Assembly (NCBI GenBank): GCA_038087875.1
Contig: CM075991.1
Span: 14,014,001-14,078,000 of the forward strand
Direction: 5' to 3'
From: Malacoraja senta
Taxonomy: Eukaryota
DNA length: 64,000 nucleotides
Part shown: positions 48,020-61,737 of the stretch, in pieces
Numbering within the stretch: the stretch's first letter is position 1
How the letters are laid out: each line of letters begins with the position of its first letter
Notes under the pieces: generated by a model
Databases searched by the model: none
What the model was told of the DNA's origin: nothing
The model's input: only the letters and a program-made list of their open reading frames with translations
Program-made: the position numbers and the translations under genes

Positions 48020-49931
48020 GCACCCTTCATCAAAAACTGCCGCCGTGACATCAACCGCCTCAACCTCTCCACTCCCCTGTCTCACTCCAATCTCTCCCCC
48101 CCTGAACGCACTGCCATCGACTCACTCCACAACAACCTAGATTGGGTTATCAAACCCGCCGACAAGGGAGGTGCCGTGGTAGTCTGGTGCGTCGATCTCT
48201 ACAAAGCTGAGGCCACGCGCCAACTCTCGGACACCTCCTCCTACTTACCCCTGGACCATGACCCCACTGACGAGCACCAGGCCACCATCTCCAGCACCAT
48301 CACCGACTTCATCCACTCCCACGCCCTGCCCGACCGAGCCTCCAACCTCATCGTTCCCCAGCCCCGCACAGCCCGCTTTTACCTTCTCCCCAAAATCCAC
48401 AAACCTGACTGTCCCAGTAGACCCATTGTCTCTGCCTGTTCGTGCCCCACCGAACTCATCTCCACCTACCTCGACTCCATACTATCCCCCTTGGTTAAAT
48501 CCCTCCCTACCTATGTTCAAGACACCTCAGACACTCTCCGTCGTCTCCGCGCATTCCACTCTCTAGGCCCTCACCCCCTCATCTTCACCATGGACGTCCA
48601 GTCATTGTACACCTCCATCCCTCACCAGGATGGTCTCGAAGCCCTCCGTTTTTTCCTCGACCGTAGAAGCAATCTATACCCGGCCACTGACACCCTCCTC
48701 CGCCTAGCGGAGCTGGTCCTTACCCTCAATAACTTCTCATTTGACTCCTCCCATTTCCTCCAAATACAAGGCGTAGCTATGGGCACACGCATGGGCCCCA
48801 GCTACGCCTGCCTCTTTGTCGGGTACGTAGAACAATCCTTGTTCAATGCGTACCAGGGCCCCATCCCCGACCTCTACCTCCGCTACATCGATGATTGTTT
48901 TGGTGCCACATCCTGCACCCACACACAACTGACTGACTTCATCCGCTTCACCACCAACTTCCATCCGGCACTCAAATACACCTGGACCATTTCCAACACT
49001 TCCCTACCATTCCTTGACCTCACTATCTCCATCGCAGGTGATAGACTTCTTACCGACATCCACTACAAACCTACCGACTCCCATGGCTATCTGGACTACA
49101 CTTCTTCCCAACCTGCTTCCTGTAAGGACTCCATCCCCCACTCCCAATTCCTCCGTCTACGCCGCATCTGCTCCCAGGATGAGGCGTTCCACACCAGGGC
49201 ATCCGAAATGTCCTCATTCTTCAGGGAACGGGGGTTCCCCTCCTCCACCATAGATGAGGCTCGCACCAGGGTCTCTGCAATACCCCGCAACACTGCTCTC
49301 TCTCCCCATCCCCCCACTCACAACAAGGGCAGAGTCCCCCTAGTCCTCACCTTTCACCCCACCAGCCGTCACATACAACAAGTGATCCTCCGTCAGTTTC
49401 GCCACCTCCAACGTGACCCCACCACTCGCCACATCTTCCCATCTCCCCCCATGTCTGCCTTCCGCAAAGACCGCTCCCTCCGTAACTCCCTTGTCAATTC
49501 TTCCCTTCCCTCCCGTACCACCCCCTCCCCGGGTACTTTCCCTTGCAACCGCAAGAGATGCAACACTTGTCCCTTCACCTCCCCCCTCGACTCCATTCAA
49601 GGACCCAAGCAGTCATTCCAGGTGCGACAGAGGTTCACCTGCATCTCCTCCAACCTCATCTATTGCGTCCGCTGCTCTAGATGCCAGCTGATCTACATCG
49701 GTGAGACCAAGCGGAGGTTTGGCGATCGTTTCGCCGATAACCAACCAACCTGACCTCCCGGTGGCTCAGCACTTCAACTCCCCCTCCCATTCCGTATCTG
49801 ACCTCTCTGTCCTGGGTCTCCTCCATGGCCACAGCGAGCAACACCTGAAATTGGAGGAAATGCACCTCATATTCCGCTTGGGCAGTCTACATCCTGGGGG
49901 CTTGAACATTGAATTCTCCCAATTCTGCTAG
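48020..49931 (+). pseudogene. Penelope RT/GIY-YIG ORF, frameshifted near 49737 (21-bp deletion plus 4-bp insertion relative to the 61738 copy)
   Basis: ORF 48176-49753 continues in another frame to 49931 (PVAQHFN...GLNIEFSQFC). Confidence 0.85.
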
Positions 49932-50135
49932 CCCTTGCTGTCCCCTCCCCTTCATCAGCCCTCTGGTTGTCTCCTCCCCTCCCCCAGCCCTCGGGCTCCT
50001 CCTCAGCCTTTTTTCCTTTCTTCTCCCCACCCCCTATCAGTCTGAAGAAGGGTTTTGGCCCGAAACGTTGCCTATTTCCTTCGCTCCATAGATGCTGCTG
50101 CACCCGCTGAGTTTCTCCAGCACTTTTGTGTACCA
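48020..50135 (+). mobile_element. Penelope-like element, 5'-truncated (RT plus GIY-YIG), with an HHR-bearing 3' repeat
   Basis: IKPADKGGAVV, LPKIHK..PSRPIVS, TMDVQSLYTSIP, GVAMG, RYIDD, LPFLD, YKPTD; CNRKRCNTC; YCVRCSRCQLIYIGET; HHR-like core at 50042-50069. Confidence 0.93.
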
Positions 50136-50178
50136 TTAGTTTAGTTTAGTTTAGTTTAGTTTAGTTTAGTTTAATGTC

Positions 50179-50262
<84 letters not shown>

Positions 50263-50411
50263 GGTTGGTTGATTGGTTGATTGGTTGGTTGGTTGGTTGG
50301 TTGGTTGGTTGGTTGGTTGGTTGGTTGGTTGGTTGGTTAGTTAGTTAGTTGGTTAGTTGGTTGGTTGGTTGGTTGGTTGGTTGGTTGGTTGGTTGGTTGG
50401 TTGGTTGGTTG

Positions 50412-50443
<32 letters not shown>

Positions 50444-50527
50444 AGCTTAACTTAGCTTAGCTCAGTTTAGTTTAGTTTAATTTAATTTAATTTAATTTAA
50501 TTTAATTTAATTTAGTTTAGTTTAGTT
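50136..50527. repeat. Compound (TTTAG)/(TTAG)/(TTGG)/(TTTAA) microsatellite
   Basis: Directly visible. Confidence 0.95.
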
Positions 50528-51355
50528 GACAGAGACTTTAAGACTTTTGCCTCCATCACAGTGAGGAGGTGCCTGGTGAACTCACTGTGGTGGATGTTAA
50601 TTTGTGTTTATTGTGTTTTGTTATTTATTATATGTATGACTGCAGGCAACAAAATTTCGTTCAGACCGAAAGGTCTGAATGACAATAAAGGAATCTAAGT
50701 CTAAGTCTAAGTCTTTAGTTTTGTTGGAGATCCAGTGTGGAAACAGAGGCCGTTTAGCCTATTGAGTGCTTGCAAACCCATAATCACCCACACACTAGCT
50801 CAATCCTACACACTAGGGACAATTTACAATTTACAGAAGCCAATTAATCTACAAACCCACACGTCATTGGAAAGTGGGAGGTAACTGGACTATATCCCAT
50901 CATTGTCCTCCTATCCCCATTCTCCCCACACCCTTTGCCACCCTTACTGATCAGGAGGGCACTCAGCGGTCCGGGACCCCCTCGGAGAGCAGGGCACGAC
51001 CTGCCCACCGCGGGCAGACAACGGGGAGGGGACCCGCCCCACATGGGTTGGCAACTGTCCCATATTTGCCGGGACATCCCGTATAGAGAGGGGGGGCTGG
51101 AAGGAGAAAGGGTAGTGGGGGTGGTGTTGTGAGAGGTGACTGGAAATTGGAGAATGCAATGTTCATACCGCAGGGGTGTAAGCTGCCCAAGTGGAATGTG
51201 AGGTGTTGTTCCTCCAGTCGCGTGTGGCCTCACTCTGGCAATGGAGGAGGCCCAGGACAGAAAGGTCAGTGTGGGAATGGGGAGTTGAAAGGTTTGGCAA
51301 CCGGGAGATCCAGGTGACTTTGGGGGACCGAGCGCCGACCCTCTGAACAACCCCA

Positions 51356-53675
51356 ACGGCACGGTGGCATGGTGGAGCAGCGGTAGAGTCGCTGCCTTAC
51401 AGCGCTTCCAGCACCGGAGACCCGGGTTCGATCCCGACTACGGGTGCTGTCTCTACGGAGTTTGTACGTTCTCCCTGTGACCTGCATATGTTTTCTCCGA
51501 GATCTTCGGTTTCCTCCCACACTTCAAAGACGTGCAGGTTTGTAGATTAATTGGCTTCGGTAAAGAAAATTAGAAGTTGTTCCTACTGTACCAGTGGCAG
51601 GGTGATCGCTGGTCGGCGCAGAATCGGTGGGCCAAAGGGCCTGTTTCCACGCTGTATGTCTGACCTCTGGTCTAAAATATAATGGTCAAAAAGTAAGGCA
51701 GACTGGATTGCACATTCATCTCTCGAGTGGCCTTGTGACCACCGCCTTCTGACTCAGCGATGAGAGTACTATCCACCAAACCACAGCTGGCAGCTCACAG
51801 CCCTGGACGTCCTGAGATGCTGTGTCCCCGATCCATCTGTCCCTGCCTGCTGAGGAGAGCAGAGGTGTCCAGGATTAACTGCAAGCCCCAACTTCCACCA
51901 CACCCGTGCGGCACGGTGGCCCAGCGGTGGAGTTGCTGCCTTACAACACCAGTGACCCGGGTTTGATCCCGACTACGGGCGATGTCTGTACAGAGTTGGT
52001 ACGTTCTCCCCGTGACCATGTTGGTTTTCTACTGGCGCTCCGGTTTCCTCCCACACTCCAAAGACATGCAGGTTTGTAGGTTAGTTTAACTCTAGTACAT
52101 TGTAAAATTGTTCCCAGTGCGGGTATGTTAGTATACGGGGTGATCGCTGGTTGGCGTGGACTATACGATAATCAAAACAGCCATCCACAGCAGTTCAACT
52201 ACCGCCACAACAGGTCCATGGTTGATGCCATCTCCCTGGACCTGCACTCATTCCTGGAACACCTGGATAAGAGAGACACCTCTGTCAAATACCTATTCAG
52301 AGACTAGGGCAGCACGGTGGGGCAGCGGTAGATTTGCTGCCTCACAGCGCTTGCAGCGCCGGAGACCCAGGTTCAATCCCGACTACCGGTGCTGTCTGTA
52401 CGGAGTTTGTACGTTCTCCCATGTGGGGTTTCTCCGAGATCTTCGGTTTCCTCCCACACTCCAAAGACGTACAGGTTTGTAGCTTAATTGGCTTGGTGTA
52501 ATTGTAAATCATCCCTAGTGTGTGTAGGATAGCGTTAATGAGCGGGCATCGCTGGTCGCTGGTCGGTGTGGACTCAAATGGACCGAAGGGCCTGTTTCAA
52601 CGCTGTATCCCTAAACTAAACTAAATTAAACTAAACTACAGGCCTGGTTTCAATACCAGTCCTATCGAAGCTCATCTCCGAACTTGCGGAACTCTGCAAC
52701 TGGATCCTCGACTTCCTGACCAACAGACCCCAGTGAATGAGGAGAGCGGACAAATCATCCTCTACGATAACCCTCAACTGGTGCCCTGCAACTGATCCCA
52801 GCCTGGCAGACACTGTTGAAAGGTCCCGACCCAAAGCGTCACACTCGCCCGTTCCCTCAACGCATGCTTCCTGACCCGCTGAGTTCCTCCTGCACTTTGT
52901 ACTTGTCTCAGGATTTTAGCATCTGCAACTCCTGTTGTTTTCTGGTTCCTCAAGTATCACCCACAGTACCACCATGCTGACATGGAGTGGCTCCTTATCC
53001 AGCTCGATGCCCACAGGTTAGGGACAGCATGGTGGTGCAGCGGTAGAGTTGGTGCCTCAAAGCGCCAGAGACCCGGGTTCCATCCTGAATGTGATTATAA
53101 AGTGGAAAATTGTCCTTGATAGTTTGTAGCTAACATCCCAAATAGCAGTGCAGTACTCCCCTGCTGAAACTCAGCTCTGCTGAATGAATTTGAGCTGGAT
53201 TTCAGAAGGGAAGAACTTAACATGCCATATCCTGTGTTTGAAGATGAGACATCTTGGTGATCTGTTTAATCCTGAAATAAGCATCCAGCTACAGACCTGC
53301 CCGACACTAGGATCACCCCCTACCACGGCTCCACCTCAAATCTGCCCCTTCGCCAGAATAAAAAAGGACATGCATGGCAATGGTGGCGCAGCGGTAGAGC
53401 TGCTACCCTTGGTAGAGTAGAGTGGTAGAGCAGAGACCCTCGATCCTGACTGTGGGGGCTGTCTGTATGGAGTTTGCACGTTCTCCCTGTGGCTGCGTGG
53501 GTTTTCTCCGGGTGCTGCGGTCTCCTCCCACATTCCAAAGACGTGCGGGTTTGTGGGTCAATCGGCTTCTGTAGATTGTCCCCGGTGTGTGGGATAGAAT
53601 TAGTGTGAGTGGGTGATTGCTGGTCTGCAAGGACTCGGTGTTCAGAAGGGCCAGTTTCCTCGCTGTATCTCCAAA
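51356..53675 (+). mobile_element. Cluster of V-SINE copies (~51356-51660, ~51908-52165, ~52306-52636, ~53380-53675)
   Basis: Repeated tRNA-like head, V-domain and CR1-type tail. Confidence 0.8.
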
Positions 53676-54574
53676 CAAATGAAAAGATGGTTTACATCAG
53701 TCTATTTGCAAATGAATCCATGTGGCTGGCCAAACACCTATTAATGCAGGCTGAAACTCTTTGATATTAGTACTTCAAAGTGAGATAAATGATTTGTGTG
53801 TGGGAAGAGCTTACTTGCTCCTCTTCGTACCAAGAAGATCACTCCAGAGTCAAGAGTGCTTTATTGAACAAAAATGGAATCATTAAATTCTTACTTGCAG
53901 CAACACAACATGTCAATAGGTCAATAGGTAACACAATTACAAAATATATTTTACCGTTCAATTAATAAAAAATAAAAAAACAGCGCAAAACAAATAGCCC
54001 GAAGTCTAGAAAGTAGAAACAAGGACCTGCGGACACTGGTTCTACACAAAAGGATACAAAGTGCTGGAGTTACTCAGAAGGTCAGGCAGCATCTGTGGAG
54101 AAGATAGACACAAAATGCTGGAGTAACTCAGCAGAACAGGCAGCATCTCTGGATAGAAGGAATGGGTGATGTTTCGGGTCGGGACCCTTCTTCAGACGGA
54201 GAGACGGGGGAGAGGGGGGCATAGAGATAAGGAAGGGTAAGGTGTGAAAATGAGACATCAAGGAAAAAGTAGAATAGATCATTGTCAGCTCGGAGAAGGT
54301 GGCAACAAAGCAAAGAGAGGTACAACTCTGGAGACCACGGAGGGGCAACGTTTCAGGTTGGGAACCTTCTTCAGACTGATTGTTTGGAGGGGGGGGGGGT
54401 TGGAGGAAAGGTGGGACAGGAGAGGCGGATACAGGCGAGGGGGGGGGGGGGGAGTAGATAGGCCAATGGTTTGAACAACGGCCAGAGATTAAAACAGAAG
54501 CCTTAAGTCCCAAGTACAACTAAGGTAGTTCGCAGTTCACAGTTCAGTTGGAGTTCGTAGGGTTCAATCGCCTG

Positions 54575-54774
54575 NNNNNNNNNNNNNNNNNNNNNNNNNN
54601 NNNNNNNNNNNNNNNNNNNNNNNNNNNNNNNNNNNNNNNNNNNNNNNNNNNNNNNNNNNNNNNNNNNNNNNNNNNNNNNNNNNNNNNNNNNNNNNNNNNN
54701 NNNNNNNNNNNNNNNNNNNNNNNNNNNNNNNNNNNNNNNNNNNNNNNNNNNNNNNNNNNNNNNNNNNNNNNNNN
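54575..54774. other. Assembly gap (200 N)
   Basis: Run of N. Confidence 1.
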
Positions 54775-55945
54775 CCAGTCTGACGGTCTGGGGGCAGTTA
54801 GACAGAGAGTCCTTGATTCCAGAGGCAGATGGGTTGGGAGAGTCCTAAATCCATGAGTTTGGTGACCAGTCTGCTGGGGATGATGGTATTGAAGGCAGAG
54901 CTAAAGTCCATGAAAAGCATCCTCACATAGCTCCCCCGGTGTTCGAGGTGGGTCAGTGCAGTGTGAAGAGCAGTGGCGATGGCATTCCTCAGTGGACCTA
55001 TTTGCTCTGTAGGCAAACTGGTGTGGATCGAAGGTGGGCGGGAGGCTGGCTTTGATGTGCTGCTGGACAGCCTCTCGAAACACTTCATGATGACTGGTGT
55101 GAGAGCGACCGGTCGGTAGTCGTTAAGGCCGCTGATAACAGGCTTTGTTGGTAGTGGGATGATTGTGGCAGACTTCAGGCACGGTGGGATGATGGATTCG
55201 GACAGGGGCAGGTTGAAGATTTTCGTGAAGACCTCGGAGAGCTGGTCTGCAACTTCCTCCAGAACCTTCCTGTCACGCCATCCGGGCCGGCAGCCTTCCT
55301 CGGTTCACCGCCCTGAGCACCCGCCTCACTTCATGCTCCTGCACAGTGAGGGTGTAGTTGTTGTTGTTAGGGGCTGGTGGGAGAATGGTGACGAGGTCTT
55401 CTGGTTCTGCCTCGAAGCGAGCAAAGAAGCAGTTCAGCTCCTCTGCCAGTGAGGCGTCGCCGTCGGCCGTCGTGCTGTTGCTGGGCTTGTAGTTGGTGAT
55501 GTGCTGGATTCCCTGCCACACCCGCCGTGGATCTTGTTGTTAAAGTGGTCCTCTATCTTCCTCTTGTGGCATCCCTGATGCCTTTCTTCAGTTGGCTCTA
55601 GCAGCACTGTACAGGGCTCTGTCGCCAGACCTGAAGGCGGTTGGTGTTGCGGTCCTTAAGTTGGCCAGTGCCAGAGTTTGTTATCAAAGTGTCAGTGCAA
55701 AAAAAAGCAGCAGGATCAGGTGGAGTGACTGTTTAGCAGCCTGTGGAAGGAAGCTGTTTAGCAGTCTGGTTGTCCGGGCTTTGATGCTGCCGTATCTCTT
55801 GCCTGATGGCAGGAGATCCAGGTGTGTGTGGAGGGGGTGCAGTGTGTCCTTTGCAATGCTCAGTGCTTTTTTCAGGCAGCGGCTCTGGAACAGTTCTTGT
55901 AAGCCAATGATCCTCTCTGCTCCCCTCACTACCCTCTGCAGAGCG
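54775..55945 (-). mobile_element. Rex1/Babar LINE fragments (RT N-half and C-terminus), decayed and rearranged
   Basis: WQGIQHITNYK...[69 protein letters not shown]. Confidence 0.85.
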
Positions 55946-56029
55946 GGTGGTAACCTATGCCAGTCCCTTATCGTCCTTGGGTGAAGGGACTATTGGTAGC
56001 AAGGTTTATTGACATTTAGCGAGTTGATG

Positions 56030-56334
56030 ATGTAGGGACCGTTATTTTGTCATGTTTCATGGCAGTTGGTGCGCTGGATGACGGGAGATTTGATGGCGTG
56101 AATTTGTGAATCTCCTTGTAAATTGCAATAAGTCTTAGCCTGATTCTGCGGAGCTCTATGGTATCCATCCGCAGGAAGTCAGCATATTATTCACGCTTGA
56201 TTTGTGCTTGTAGTCATTACATACAAAGCGGGCTGCTCGGCGTTGTACTTTCTCCAGGGTGATCATGTTGTTGTTGTTGGTGAAAGGATCCCATACGGCT
56301 CCACAATACTCCATTTTGGGCCTGACCAAGGACT
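56030..56334 (-). mobile_element. Divergent CR1-group LINE fragment
   Basis: KSLVRPKMEYCGAVWDP...LEKVQRRAARFVCNDY...SSVNNML. Confidence 0.65.
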
Positions 56335-56785
56335 TAGACAATAGACAAGAGGTGCAGGAGTAGGCCATTCGGCCCTTCGAGCCAGCACCGCCATTCAATG
56401 TGATCATGGCTGATCATCCCCAATCAGTACCCCATTTCTGCCTTCTCCCCATATCCCCTGACTCCACTATTTTAAGAGCCCTATCTAGCTCTCTCTTGAA
56501 AGCATCCAGAGAACCTGCCTCCACCGCCCTCTGAGGCAGAGAATTCCACAGACTCACCACTCTGTGAGAAAAGTGGTTCCTCATCTCCGTTCTAAATGGC
56601 TTACTCCTTATTCTTAAACTGTGGCCCCTGGTTCTGGACTCCCCCAACATCGGGAACATGTTTCCTGCCTCTAGTGTGTCCAAGCCCTTAACAATCTTAT
56701 GTGTTTCAATCAGATAACCTCTCATCCTTCTTAACCCCAGAGTGTACAAGCCCAGCTGCTCCATTCTCTCAGTATATGACAGTCC
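56335..56785 (-). mobile_element. CR1 LINE 3' fragment
   Basis: GLSYTERMEQLGLYTL...GESRTRGHSL...AGSLDAFKRELD. Confidence 0.85.
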
Positions 56786-57995
56786 CTCCTGCACCCCATG
56801 GAACAAGGTCCTAGCCTGGTCCAACCTCTCCCCACAGTCCATGCCCATTCATCCCTGGCAAATATCCTTGTAAATCTTCACTCTTGTCAGCTTAAAGACA
56901 TCCTTCCAAGAGCAGGGTGACCAAAACTAAACACAATACTTCAAGACAGACACAAAGTGCCTGAGTTACTCCAGCTCTTTGCGTCCTTTTTTGCAAACCA
57001 GCATCTGCAGTTCCTTGTATTAACATTGGTCAGGTGTGGGTTGATGCCCCTAAAGCCGTGCTACAGTATCTACTGATACCAGGGTGTGCTGCTGGGGACT
57101 CCACTGTTACATCATCAGTCTTTCTCCTCTGGACCACCACACCGGGTCACATGCAGAGCTCTCCCGAAGCCACAACTCTCATTCCACCTCCACCATCAAC
57201 TTGTACACTTCTACAAGATCACCCCTCATCCTCCTGCGCTCCACGGAATAAAGTCCCAGCCTATCTCTCCCCATAGTCCATGCCCTTCAGCCCTTGCAAC
57301 ATCCTCGTAAATCTTCCCTTCACTCTTTTCAGCTTAAAGACATCCTTCCTGTCGCAGGGTGGATGAAAGCTGAACACAATACTTCTGGACAGACACAAAG
57401 CGCTGGTGTAACTCAGCGGGACAGGCAGCATTTCTGGACAGAAGGAATGGGTGACTTTTCAGGTCGAGACCCTTCTTCAGAACGAAACGTCACCCATTCC
57501 TTTTCTCCAGAGATGCTGCCTGCCCCACTGAGTTATTTCAGCACTTAGTGTCTATCTTCGGTTTAACCAGCATCTACAGTTCCTTCCTAAACAATACATC
57601 AGGTGCAGCCTCACCAACTGGTTTAGTTTAGTTTAGTTTAGAGATACAGCGCGGAAACAGGCTATTCGGCCCACCGAGTCCGCACCAACCAGAGAAACCT
57701 GCACACTAACGCTATCCTACACACATTAGGGACAATTTACAACTATTACAAGCCAATTAACCTACAAACCTGTACGTCTCTGCGATAAAGGTCACTTTTT
57801 AATGCAGACAATAACACAAAGGGTTGAAGATAAACCATGCCAATTTTTACTCAATTCGTCATGAAGGAGTGGCAGGGACTAGTACAGAGAGTATACCAAT
57901 ATACTCAGTGCTCCCCGAGCAGCCACTCAAAGATACAATGTTTCACAATTTCTTATATACAATTAAAGTCAAGTAAATGCCTTAGTTATTCTTCC

Positions 57996-58247
57996 AAAAC
58001 TACTGCCAAGGAGTATTTCCAAGAAACAACTGTTGACATCCGGTTCAGTGACTGTTATCTTATCTTCGGAGGAGCAGTGATTTATGTACATCAGTCCGGT
58101 CAATGATGTCTGTACTTTGCTTATCCCAGGCATAGTCTGTTCGGTGGTTAGTCCAAGGATTGCAAGTTTCGCTCAAACCCACATGAGTCTGCAGTATTTG
58201 TTATCAATTGCCCCCATACGAGGCATTATTTCCGTTTTCAGCTACAC
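57996..58247 (+). repeat. Copy 1 of a ~250-bp direct duplication flanking the L1 (copy 2: 61591-61737 plus 62598-62704)
   Basis: Direct alignment by eye, roughly 90% identity. Confidence 0.9.
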
Positions 58248-58274
58248 TGGTCAGCAGTATATTTCCTCTGTCAG

Positions 58275-61200
58275 TAGTTTGAGGGGACAAATGGATGGAA
58301 TATTGGGTCAAGAGGTGGAAAAAAAAGCAAGATTTAAAACAGGCACATTATGAGCTAGGCCCTAAATCCACTGAAATACTTGCCCGAAGGCGACACAAAC
58401 CAAAGATCCTATAGCGGAGCAAGATAGACCACTCCTGCTAAATGCAATGGGCTGACGTGTAATACGCAACGGAGCGCAACGTGGGCCTTTTTTTCATCCA
58501 TTTCCGTAACCCGACCCGACCCGACTAGCAGTGTAATCAAATTGCGGGGGAACAGTTTGTGTTAATAGATTAAAAATTCTGAAAATGAGGAGAAGATTTT
58601 TCCCAAATAACTTTTATTTTTACGAGGATGTTTCCGTAACCGGCTTCCGTTTCCGCACTAGTATCCTATGGGATCTTTGGTGCGGAGACGGAAGCCGGTT
58701 ACGGAAATGGGGCCTTAAATTACCCATGAATCTGCCCATGACCGTACTACGTCTTTTTCGTCGAGTGGACCATCTTGCTCGCTATAGGATCTTTGACGCA
58801 AACAACAGGCTGGCAACACCATACACAAAATTAAGGACCCTTGTACACAGAAATTGAAGAGTGATCCAAAAGAAATAGAATATATCTTCCAGAATATTAT
58901 AAAGAACTATATACACAAACCTCTACAGTAGATGGGGAATCAATGAGGACTTTTTTTATGTACAATAGACCTGCCCTGTATTGGAGAGACACAAATAAAA
59001 TAATCACAGCAGAAATATCACTGGAGGAGATAGAGAAGACAATTGGTAGGATGAAAACAAACAAGGCCCAGGCAGCGACGGTTTCCCTATAGAATGGTAT
59101 AAAATATTTCGGAATGAGCTGAACCCACTTCTTCTGGGAACCTTTAACTGGATTATCAAAGAAGGCAAGACACCCCTGTCATGGAAAGAGGCAATTATAA
59201 CATTAATCCCCAAAGAGAACAAAGACAAGGAAAATTGTACCAACTACAGACCGATATCAATTCTGAATGTTGACCATAAATTATATTCTTCAATTATCTC
59301 CAAACGATTTGAAAAGTTCATGCCAGATTTAATTGATGAAGACCAGGCTGGTTTTATAATAGGCAGACAAACAGAGGACAGTATTAGAAGAACCCTACAT
59401 ATAATACACAAGATTCAAAAGGAAAGTACGAGCGCTGTCCTGATAAGCCTAGATGCGGAAAAGGCATTTGATAGGGTTAATTGGGAATTCTTATATCAAA
59501 CACTAGAAAGATTTGGCTTTACCGAAGATTCAATTCAAGTTATTAAGCAATTTACCAGCAACCTACTGCAAGAGTAAAGGTGAATGGGTCCTTAACTGAG
59601 AGATTTGTGTTAGGAAGAGGAACGAGACAGGGATGTTGTCTTAGCCCTACCCTGTTTGCTATATACTGTATATTGAACCATTGGCTCAAGCGATTTGTCA
59701 AGATAGGGAACTGAGGGGAGTAACTATTAGAGACAGAGAACATAAAAATTGGCCTTTTTGCAGATGATGTAATGATGTATCTCACGGAAGTAAACACCTC
59801 ATTTCCAAGGATGATGGGGATCATAGAGAAATGTAATTTTATGCAGGATATAAAGTGAATATTTCAAAAACTCAAACCCCTCCTATTTAATTGTGGTCCT
59901 CCAGAAGAAATCAAACAGAAGTATAATATTAAATGGGATTCAAAATCAATTAAATGCCTAGGGGTACATATAACAAAAAATATATCAATGTTGTATGTGG
60001 CCAATTATAATCACATCAACCAAAACAAGAAAGGATAGAGAAAGATGGTCCACCTACCCAATGGATTTTAGTAGTAAGATAAATGTGGTGAAAATGAATA
60101 TTTTGCCAAGGCTATTGTACTGGTTTCAATCTCTGCCAATAGAGATACCATTAAAACAATTCATGGAATGGGATAAATTAATATCTAGATTTATTTGGGG
60201 AGGAAAGAAGGCCAGAATTCGATACACTACACTCCAGTTGCCAAAGGACAAAGGTGGAAGGCACTTCCAAATTTTAGGATATATTTCTATGCAGCCCAAC
60301 TTCGACCACTAATTAATTGGTGTGAGGACAGCTAGGTGGAAAGGGATTGAGACATATATCCCTGACTTCCACATCCAAACACTCTTGGGAGAAAAAGCGC
60401 TTCCTGGACATATCAGGAGTATAATCGATCCAATAACGATATTTACTTTAGAAACCTGGTTCACTCTTACCAGACAATTTTAACTGAATAAAGGACTAAA
60501 AGTTTTAAGATGGATAGCTTTAGATAATGAATTTAAACCAGGGATGTATGACTCAACATTTAAAGAGTGGATGAAGAAAGGAATGACTGCATTTTGTACT
60601 GTTATTGAAAATGGAGACCTAAGAAGTTTTCAAGATTTGAAGGATAGATTTGCACTTCGGAACCAAGACTTGTTTAGATACGTCCAACTGAGAAATTATT
60701 ACAATTAAAAAAGTAAAAATGGAGGCACTAGAAGAAAAAAATCCAGTGGTAGAAGTGATAGTTAATGCATATCATCAAAAAACATGAAGGATTATTTCTA
60801 AACTTTATCATAGTTTAATGGAATGTCAAGCTCAAACTACATTTAATGTCAAATTTAAGTGGGAAAAGGAATCACAATCTCAGAAGAAGAATGGCATCAT
60901 ATGTGGGTAATACTACAGACATCCACTAATTCACAAAAATGGAGAGAATTTAATTGGAAATTTTTGCTTCGTTTCTTTATTATGCCTAACATAAAAAGCA
61001 AGCAAATTCTAAGGCAGCAAACATGCTGGAGGCAATGTGGCCAAACTGACGCAAATCATGCACATATCTTCTGGAGTTGCCCAAAAGAACTATTTTGGGA
61101 CAGAGTGAATACAGAATTAAATGAGATATTAGGATATATAGTCTCCAAGAAGTGTTCCATTTTATACCTGGGTAATATAAATGCAGTGGTGCTGAAGGAA

Positions 61201-61594
61201 GATCATTACTTGGTTAAAATTCTACTCATAGCTGGCAGAAGGGCCAATACAAGAAACTGCAGCGGACACACCCAGACCTAGACAATGGCTAGACATAGTA
61301 CAGGAAATATTTGTCATGGAGAAATGACATATTCTCTAAGAGTGAAAGAAGACGAGTTTAACAGAAAATGGGAAAAATGGATTAGGTATAAATATAGACA
61401 TCAACACTATAATTTTATTGACAATAATGTAAGTTTTAATATGAAAATAGTTCTGTATACTGCATGATTAATTGTAAACTGAACCCGACGCTGCACTGTT
61501 GTACGTTTCACTGCATTGTTGTATGTTTCGTTGTTATATTTGTGTTTTATTTGTGTATGCATAAAAGCAATAAAGACTAAAGTGAAAAAAAAAA
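58275..61594 (+). mobile_element. L1-clade LINE, 5'-truncated, decayed ORF2
   Basis: [74 protein letters not shown]...HIFWSC zinc knuckle; AATAAA at 61569 and poly(A). Confidence 0.9.
58401..58795. mobile_element. Non-autonomous DNA transposon (P- or hAT-like) inserted in L1
   Basis: ~34-bp TIR CAAAGATCCTATAGCG(G)AGCAAGAT..CCACTC; 8-bp TSD ACACAAAC/ACGCAAAC; the L1 frame RRHK|QQAG is restored on removal. Confidence 0.8.
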
Positions 61595-61737
61595 CTACTG
61601 CCGAGGAGTATTTCCAAGAAACAATTGTTGACATCGGTTTCAGTGACTGTTATCTTATCTTCAGAGGAGCAGTGATCTATGTACATCAGTCCGGTCAACT
61701 GTCGATCTGTACTTTGCTTATCCCAGGCATAGTCTGT

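Noticed and set aside
50136..50527. Interstitial telomeric repeat
   Set aside because: Units are TTAG/TTGG/TTTAG, not TTAGGG; likely an expanded SINE-tail microsatellite
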